Assembly: GCA_964587045.1 (NCBI GenBank)
Contig: CAZPJY010000005.1
Location: forward strand, 183-64,182
Source of the DNA: an uncultured Methanosarcinales archaeon
Lineage (GTDB): Archaea > Nanobdellota > Nanobdellia > Woesearchaeales > CAZPJY01
DNA: 64,000 nt
Direction: 5' to 3'
Shown: positions 58,095-64,000 of the stretch, in pieces
Position numbering within the stretch: position 1 is the first letter of the stretch
Layout: the number at the start of each line of letters is the position of its first letter
Program-made: the position numbers and the translations under genes
Notes under the pieces: model-generated
What the model was told of the DNA's origin: nothing
Database searches by the model: none
Seen by the model: the letters and a program-made list of their open reading frames with translations, nothing else

Positions 58095-59816
58095 TCACAG
58101 CCTGACCTTCTCGGGACCTTCCGGCCCTATGCGCACCAGGCCGCGGTCTGTCAGGTGGAGCTCAGGTATCACCGCGAGCTGCAGGAAGCTCATCGCGGCC
58201 ACCGGGTCCTCGAGGGTGCCGCCCAGCGACGCGTAGGCCTTGAGCACCTTGGCCTTGTCCCTGACCACCTTGTCGGGCGAGTCCTTGGACATGAGTCCTG
58301 CGACGTTGAGGCGGAGCGACGCGACCGTGCTCGAGTCCTTGGCCACCACCACCCCGCCCTGCATGCGCCGCAGCTCGTTTACCGCGTGCGCCATGTCGGT
58401 GTCTGAGGCTCCGATGACGCAGAGGTTGTGCGCGTCGTGGCCGACTGTGGTGGCCATCGCGCCCTCCTTCATGCCGAAGCCGTCGACGAAGCCTATCGAG
58501 AAGTTGTCCTCGCCCGTGTGCCTGTTGATGACAGCCGCCTTGAGCACGTCCTCGACCCTCGCCTGGGTCTCCTGCGTGATGAGCTTTCCGGGCAGCACCC
58601 TGATGGCCCGGACGTTCTTCCTGTGCGTGTGGAAGTCCTCTGCGGAGAACGGCCTCTGGATGTTGACGGTCTTTAGCATGTACTGGTGGTATGGGTAGTC
58701 CTCGCAGTCGTTCTTCAGCTCTCCCTCCTGCGCGACGAGGAGACCGTTCCGGAACGTCGCGTACACTTCGAAGCTCTCCAGGTCGTCGACGATTGCGATG
58801 TCCGCGCGCGTCCCGATGCCCAGGCGGCCTCGGTAGCGCATGCCGAAGAACTCAGCGGGAGTGAGGGTTGCCATGCGCACCAGGTCGACAGCGCCTATGG
58901 CCCCCTTGGTAAGCGCGGCCGCCTCCCTCAGGGTGTCGTTTATGTGGCCCTTGGTGAGCAGGTCGTAGGCGGTGCGGTCGTCGCTGCAGAACATGAGGCG
59001 GCGCGTGTCTATGCCGCGCTCCGCGACGTATTCCATCAGGCCGACGTCCTTTGCCGTCGAGCCGTTCCTGACCATGACCATCATGCCTTTCTTCAGCTTC
59101 TCCTCGAGCTCCCCGCCCGCCGAGGTCTCGTGGTCTGCCATGATGCCAGCGTTGATGTAGCCTGAGAGCGCCTTGCCCGAGAGGCCCGGGCAGTGGCCGT
59201 CGATGATGGGCGGCAGCTTCTTGTAGCCGCGCATGCGGTACGTCTCCTCTATCTTCGATAGGATCTTCTCGTCGCCTGAAAGGACGCCGGGGAAGTTCAT
59301 GACCTCGCCCAGTCCGATGCAGTCGCGCTCCATGATGAGCAGCTTGATGTCGTCGACGGTGACCTCGGCTCCTGACGTCTCGAAGGGCATGCCCAATGCC
59401 GGAACGCACGAGGGCACGGTGAAGTAGCAGCGCAGGTTGGTGTAGTGGCCCTCGTCCATCATCTGCCTGATGCCCTTGATGCCCAGCACGTTCGCTATCT
59501 CGTGCGGGTCGGATATGACTGTCGTGGTGCCGTGGGGAAGGACGGCGCGTGAGAAGTTGGTGAGGGTGAGCATGCTGCTCTCGATGTGGATGTGGGGCTC
59601 TATGAATCCCGGCAGCACGTACCTGCCCTTGAGGTCCATTACGCTGTCTGCTGTGTAGTCGTCGTAGAGGCCTACGATGCGGTGGCCGCGTATGGCGACG
59701 TCGCCCTCAGTGATGAGCCCTGACTGCACGTCGACGATCCTGCCGCCTTTGAGGACGATTTCGGGAGGGTTCTTGCCCAGCGCGTTTGCTATGCTCTCCT
59801 GGTAGCGGTTGACCAT
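58095..59816 (-). CDS. ade: adenine deaminase
   Basis: LPGFIEPHIHIESSML, 573 aa. Confidence 0.85.
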   Translation of the reverse strand: MVNRYQESIANALGKNPPEIVLKGGRIVDVQSGLITEGDVAIRGHRIVGLYDDYTADSVMDLKGRYVLPGFIEPHIHIESSMLTLTNFSRAVLPHGTTTVISDPHEIANVLGIKGIRQMMDEGHYTNLRCYFTVPSCVPALGMPFETSGAEVTVDDIKLLIMERDCIGLGEVMNFPGVLSGDEKILSKIEETYRMRGYKKLPPIIDGHCPGLSGKALSGYINAGIMADHETSAGGELEEKLKKGMMVMVRNGSTAKDVGLMEYVAERGIDTRRLMFCSDDRTAYDLLTKGHINDTLREAAALTKGAIGAVDLVRMATLTPAEFFGMRYRGRLGIGTRADIAIVDDLESFEVYATFRNGLLVAQEGELKNDCEDYPYHQYMLKTVNIQRPFSAEDFHTHRKNVRAIRVLPGKLITQETQARVEDVLKAAVINRHTGEDNFSIGFVDGFGMKEGAMATTVGHDAHNLCVIGASDTDMAHAVNELRRMQGGVVVAKDSSTVASLRLNVAGLMSKDSPDKVVRDKAKVLKAYASLGGTLEDPVAAMSFLQLAVIPELHLTDRGLVRIGPEGPEKVRL

Positions 59817-60363
59817 CAGGGGTGTTTGGCAACAGCTTATTCTTAAGGCTTTGCCGTGATTGTCCCGGAGGTTTGGGTGAGAGGATTATATATGCCAACT
59901 ATAGGATGATTTCGACCATCCAGACATCGAAGGAGACCGAACAGCCAATCTCCACGTTCGGCTCGAAAGAGGATATGGCTGTACAAGATGGGCCGTAAAG
60001 GAGCAGTTGCGCGAGTTCCTGATGTCATCAGAGGGCACGATGACCATCGACGAGGCCATCGCGGAAGAGGATGGCCGGAGCACGGATAGCGCGGTCGGGG
60101 AGATATCCAAGAGATCCAAAGGGGAGAGCGTCGGGGTCCTCCAGCGCATCAAGTCGCTTGGGGGGAATTCCGAGGAGGGGAGGGCTACTGGGCAACGTCG
60201 GCGGCATACTGGTCAGGGAGCTGCGTTACTGCGCCTTCAGGTCCCGTTTACTCGCAGACGGCCAGAAGCTGAAGCCCATGGATGCTGAGGCGCTGACAGT
60301 CCTGCTCGGCTCGTCCGCATGTCGGGCGAGGACCGCCAAAAAGTGGTCATAGAGGAGATAGGG

Positions 60364-60936
60364 TCAGTCCTCAGGAACGGAGGGTTCTGGCCTCGCCGCT
60401 TTCAGCGCTTGGGCGTACCATTCCAGCTCGTCGAGGAACTTTTCTGCGCGCTCGTCGAACGCCCTGTCCAGCGCGTTGCCTTCGCCGTCGAAGGCGTCCT
60501 GCACCTTGGGCACGAGGAACTCCATCGGCGTGGAGACCATGCCCAGGTTGGAGAGTATGGGGCGTAGAGCTTCGGCAGCGCGCCTGCCCGCGAAAGGTCC
60601 TGAGGAGTAGGACGCGATCGCTGCCGGCTTCCTGGCGTATTCTGTCCTGAAGTGGTCGAGGAGGTTCTTGAGCGCCGGCGGCACAGACGCGTTGTACTCT
60701 CCTGTCACGACGACGAAGGCGTCCGCGGCCTGCAGGATGTTATGTATTTCCTCCATCGCCCTGGGCGGCTTTTCGAACTCCCAGTATCGCCTGTCCAGCA
60801 GGGGGAGCTTCAGCTCCTTGGGGTCGATGAGGGTTACGGCGTGCTTGCGCTCCTTGAGCTTTCGCTCCATGAACCTCGCTGCCCTGATGCCCTGGCGCTC
60901 TGTGCGAACAGAGCCGTATACCACTGCGAATCTCAT
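60364..60936 (-). CDS. NAD(P)H-dependent FMN reductase (flavodoxin-like)
   Basis: MRFAVVYGSVRTERQG...VVVTGEYNASVPPALKN. Confidence 0.75.
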   Translation of the reverse strand: MRFAVVYGSVRTERQGIRAARFMERKLKERKHAVTLIDPKELKLPLLDRRYWEFEKPPRAMEEIHNILQAADAFVVVTGEYNASVPPALKNLLDHFRTEYARKPAAIASYSSGPFAGRRAAEALRPILSNLGMVSTPMEFLVPKVQDAFDGEGNALDRAFDERAEKFLDELEWYAQALKAARPEPSVPED

Positions 60937-61003
60937 GAGAGGGGGGGAGGTTCCGCAGTCTTAAAAAATTAATGTTTAATATAACCTGTTTTACCCAAAG
61001 ACC

Positions 61004-62194
61004 ATGAACTACATACTCGAGGAGCTCGAAAAGATTGGTGACCCGCAGGAGCGGCGCCGCGAGGCGGTGCGGCTTCTGGAAATCTTCGACCACCCGCAGC
61101 GGGGCGAGGTGCCAGAGGGCTGGTACCACCCCGCGGGCTGGGACGCGGTGGGGATAGCGGGCGTCCAGAAGGAGACCGACCTCTTCTACCAAACGCTTGA
61201 GTCCTACCTGCTCCCGGACCTGCCCGCGCACTTCGTCAGGCTGCGCGACGCGTACGTACGCCGCCGCGACGCGGTGCGGCGCCTCGCCGCCCTGAGCCCT
61301 GAGGAGCGCAGGGAGCTGCCGGGCATCGAGCTCCCGCCGTTCGCAGGAGAGGCCGCGTACAGGCTGGCCCGCCAGGCGCAGGGCGCGCCCTTCGACCTCG
61401 AGCAGCTCGTAATCGACCCCAAGCCGTGGGGCAAAGGCGGCTTTGCCGAGGTGTACCGCGCCTCTTCAGCAGAGGGGGAGTTCGCGCTCAAGCTCTTCTA
61501 CTGCGAGGACAAGATATCCTACTTCCAGCAGAACATGGGATGGCGCAGCAAAGTCATGCGCATCGTCGACAACGTACGGGCGCACGATGACGTGTTCTCG
61601 CAGGAGCCCTTCACCAAGGTGCGCTTCGCGCCTGATGCGGGGTGGTACCTCATGGACTTCTTCGACGGCAGGAACGTTTCCGAGATGCTGGATGGGGACG
61701 ATCCCGCGCTGGCAGGCCGGGACACGCAGGGCAGGCTGCTGTTTGCTTACGCGTCGATGCTTTCGGCCCTGCACGCGCGCGGCATGGTGTTCAACGACAA
61801 CAACTGGGGCTCGGTCCTCCTGGGCGACGGGGTGCGCATCTGCGACTTCGACCTGGCAAGGGACGTAGACGGCGTGGACGGGCTCTTCGCAGACGTGCAC
61901 ACGCCCGAGTCGACCTGCCGGGAGAAGATGCTGTCCCTGCCCTACACCTACACGGCAGATCTCGAGGGCTTCGCGCACATGGTAGACCACCTGGTCAACG
62001 GCGAGCCTATCGTGCAGTCTTTTGATGGGTACTACGCTTACAAGCGGGCTGCTGCTGAGGGCAAGAGGCGCTACACCAGGGGGAGGCGCATCCCCAAGCG
62101 GCTGCGCGGCCTCGTGCGCTCGCTGCTTTCTGACCCGCGGGACGAGTCTCTGACTGCGGAGGATTTCGTCGAGGCGGTCAGGCTGGACTTCTAG
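61004..62194 (+). CDS. atypical eukaryotic-like protein kinase domain protein
   Basis: GKGGFAEVYRA (Gly loop), ALKLF (VAIK-like), ICDFDLARD (DFG); catalytic loop LHARGMVFNDNNW lacks canonical HRD. Confidence 0.55.
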   Translation: MNYILEELEKIGDPQERRREAVRLLEIFDHPQRGEVPEGWYHPAGWDAVGIAGVQKETDLFYQTLESYLLPDLPAHFVRLRDAYVRRRDAVRRLAALSPEERRELPGIELPPFAGEAAYRLARQAQGAPFDLEQLVIDPKPWGKGGFAEVYRASSAEGEFALKLFYCEDKISYFQQNMGWRSKVMRIVDNVRAHDDVFSQEPFTKVRFAPDAGWYLMDFFDGRNVSEMLDGDDPALAGRDTQGRLLFAYASMLSALHARGMVFNDNNWGSVLLGDGVRICDFDLARDVDGVDGLFADVHTPESTCREKMLSLPYTYTADLEGFAHMVDHLVNGEPIVQSFDGYYAYKRAAAEGKRRYTRGRRIPKRLRGLVRSLLSDPRDESLTAEDFVEAVRLDF

Positions 62195-62216
62195 CGAAAC
62201 GCTTATTAACACCCGC

Positions 62217-62759
62217 ATGCCCCGCTCTCCCATGTTCGAGCTAAAGGGCGAGAGGGTGAAGCTTCGCAGGCTGCGCAGGTCGGATGCCTCTTCGATGGCG
62301 AGGCACGCGCACGACAAGGCCATATCCAGGTACACCACCCTCCCCTACCCGTACAGGCTGGAGGGCGCTTACGAGTTCATCAAGCTGAGCCAGGCGCACT
62401 TCAGGAAGAAGGAGGCGTACGAGCTGGGCATAGTCGTGGACGGGAACGTCGTTGGGACGATGAGCCTGTTCAACATCGACCGCAAGAACGGTAAGGCGGA
62501 GATGGGCTACTGGATAGGCAGGGAGTTCTGGGGCAGGGGGCTGGTCACCGAGGCCGCCCGTCTCATCATGCGCTTCGGCTTCGAGGAAGTGGGTCTGGAG
62601 AGGATCTTTGCGCTGGTCATGCATCCCAACCGCGCTTCTTCTAAAGTTCTGGAGAGGCTCGGCTTTTCGTATGAGGGCAGGCTCAGGAAGGACGCCCTGC
62701 AGAACGGCAGGCGGATGGACCACCTCGTGTACGGGATGCTCGCAGAAGAGTTCAAGTGA
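62217..62759 (+). CDS. GNAT family N-acetyltransferase (RimJ/RimL-like)
   Basis: MGYWIGREFWGRGLVTEAARLIMRFGFEEVGLERI. Confidence 0.8.
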   Translation: MPRSPMFELKGERVKLRRLRRSDASSMARHAHDKAISRYTTLPYPYRLEGAYEFIKLSQAHFRKKEAYELGIVVDGNVVGTMSLFNIDRKNGKAEMGYWIGREFWGRGLVTEAARLIMRFGFEEVGLERIFALVMHPNRASSKVLERLGFSYEGRLRKDALQNGRRMDHLVYGMLAEEFK

Positions 62760-62809
62760 TGCGGATCTTTCGGGAAAGCTTTAAGAATACAGGTTTTTGG
62801 CCTTGACTC

Positions 62810-63094
62810 GTGATGGGAAATATTGTCTCAAAATCGCTGCTGTACGGGGTCGGGCTTTCCGCCCTGCTGTTCGGCGCAAAGACAGGATGCGATGCGGTGT
62901 TCTACGACGAGCTCTATGCGCTGAAAAAGCCGATCGTGGTCGAGGGCAGGGACTATACGAGCCTGGTCCAGGATGTTATTGACCAAAAGAGGATGGAAGA
63001 AAACCTCATCGGGGCAGGGCTCTGGGGTCTTGGTCTTGGTGCGTTGTACGGCGTATCAGCGTACAGGCGAAAGAAATCACTCGAGGATTGCTGA
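62810..63094 (+). CDS. small membrane protein
   Basis: two Gly-rich hydrophobic segments. Confidence 0.35.
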   Translation: MMGNIVSKSLLYGVGLSALLFGAKTGCDAVFYDELYALKKPIVVEGRDYTSLVQDVIDQKRMEENLIGAGLWGLGLGALYGVSAYRRKKSLEDC

Positions 63095-63174
63095 AAAGTT
63101 CTTGGTTGCCCAGAATCCAATCTGTGCTGCACTGATTGAGTAGTTTTATAATATGGAGGGTCATATCCTGTCCC

Positions 63175-63831
63175 ATGACGCTAGACGGCGACTTCAGCAG
63201 GGGCGAGGAGACGGCGAACTTCGTATCCCACCTGGTGGGCGCTTCTGTTGCGCTTGCGGGGATTGTCGTGCTGATAGTCTTCTCAGCGCTTCGCGGCTCA
63301 GGCATCCACGTGGTCTCCGCATCGGTCTTCAGCGCTTGCATGCTCGCGCTGTACCTGTCATCAACCCTTTACCACGGCCTGAGGCAAAAGAGGGCCAAGA
63401 GGGTGTTCTTCATCTTCGACCAGGCATCCATATACCTCATGATCGCGGGCAGCTACACGCCCATCGCCCTCGTCGCCTTGGGAGGGGCGCTGGGCTGGAC
63501 CATGTTCGGCATCGAGTGGGGCCTCGCCATCATAGGCATAGTCATCACCGCCGTATTCCACCACGACCACACCAAAGGCGTGCACCCGCTAAAGGTCGCA
63601 TCATACCTCGTGATGGGGTGGCTTGCGTTGATTGCGTTAAAGCCACTCGCCGCTGAGCTGTCCTTTTGGGGGATGGCCTTGCTGGTCGCGGGCGGGGCGT
63701 TCTACACTTTAGGGGTCGTGTTCTTCGCGCTCAAGAGGATCCGGTACAACCACCTCGTGTGGCACCTGTTCGTAATATTCGGAACGCTCTGCCACTACGC
63801 CATGGTGTTCTTGTTTATTCTGCCGTGGTAG
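63175..63831 (+). CDS. hemolysin III / PAQR family channel protein
   Basis: EETANFVSHLVGA...YHG...DQASIYLMIAGSYTP...HHDH; 7-TM pattern; start at MTLDGD by codon arithmetic. Confidence 0.8.
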   Translation: MTLDGDFSRGEETANFVSHLVGASVALAGIVVLIVFSALRGSGIHVVSASVFSACMLALYLSSTLYHGLRQKRAKRVFFIFDQASIYLMIAGSYTPIALVALGGALGWTMFGIEWGLAIIGIVITAVFHHDHTKGVHPLKVASYLVMGWLALIALKPLAAELSFWGMALLVAGGAFYTLGVVFFALKRIRYNHLVWHLFVIFGTLCHYAMVFLFILPW

Positions 63832-64000
63832 AATTCTTTATCTTCGTCGGGATTTCTTGCTTTTGCGACTAGATCTCTTTTTCGGTTTTGATTCGTCTTT
63901 CCTTTTTCGCAATTCCTTGATGTGAGGGTTGGTGATGGCGTGCCTCTGGAGTTCTTGTATGCCTGATTTCCGGTTCCCTCTCTTGATATTACCATGGACA

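Noticed and set aside
61466-62338. 290-aa minus-strand ORF
   Set aside because: Antisense to the kinase-like and GNAT genes. These have motif support; this ORF has none.
63795-63995. 66-aa K/R-rich minus-strand ORF at right edge
   Set aside because: Overlaps the 3' end of the hemolysin III gene in antisense. Low-complexity basic sequence with no support.

Overview
This window reads as an archaeal chromosomal segment of roughly 55-58% GC. The archaeal evidence is an RNase P Rpp21 subunit, NadM-type NMN adenylyltransferases, a Dph2 remnant, an AbrB-PhoU regulator, NurA-like and Ogg2-like proteins, and TTTAAATA-type TATA boxes 20-32 bp upstream of many start codons. Mixed into this are bacterial-type glycolysis genes: type-I GAPDH, PGK and a PFK-A phosphofructokinase. 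The gene content, in order along the window, is as follows. (1) At the left edge, a PD-(D/E)xK nuclease (partial) with an upstream partner gene. (2) Cytidine deaminase and a CYTH protein. (3) A tight seven-gene minus-strand NAD operon, pncB-small ORF-pncA-nadE-nadM-nadM::nudix-nadK, with 1-4 nt gene overlaps. (4) A five-gene minus-strand operon encoding a membrane anchor, a Sel1/TPR-APH-like kinase and three secreted charged proteins. (5) An accessory-looking stretch with an AbrB-PhoU regulator, an AT-rich Peptidase_MA_2 gene overlapping an ATPase-wHTH gene, an internally duplicated Gly-rich protein, a STAS-like protein and unknowns. (6) gap, a coiled-coil protein with a Lys-rich tail, Nudix-pgk, an adenosine deaminase-like protein, tandem HExxH paralogues, and a P-loop protein. 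(7) Ogg, Macro domain, Rpp21, a truncated dph2 followed by a pfk-X-NTase operon. (8) A candidate biosynthetic cluster: DUF2064/CofC-like, two radical-SAM-like enzymes with non-canonical Cys motifs, a fused ComDE/Ppd-like TPP decarboxylase, a SAM-MTase, a PurM-like protein and a TraB-like protein. (9) A KamA::ATP-grasp fusion next to an MFS exporter, adenine deaminase, FMN reductase, an atypical protein kinase, a GNAT acetyltransferase and hemolysin III. I saw no tRNA, rRNA or CRISPR. Two caveats: the ORF track uses TTG/GTG starts and several N-termini are revised below; hand-counted coordinates may be off by 1-2 nt.
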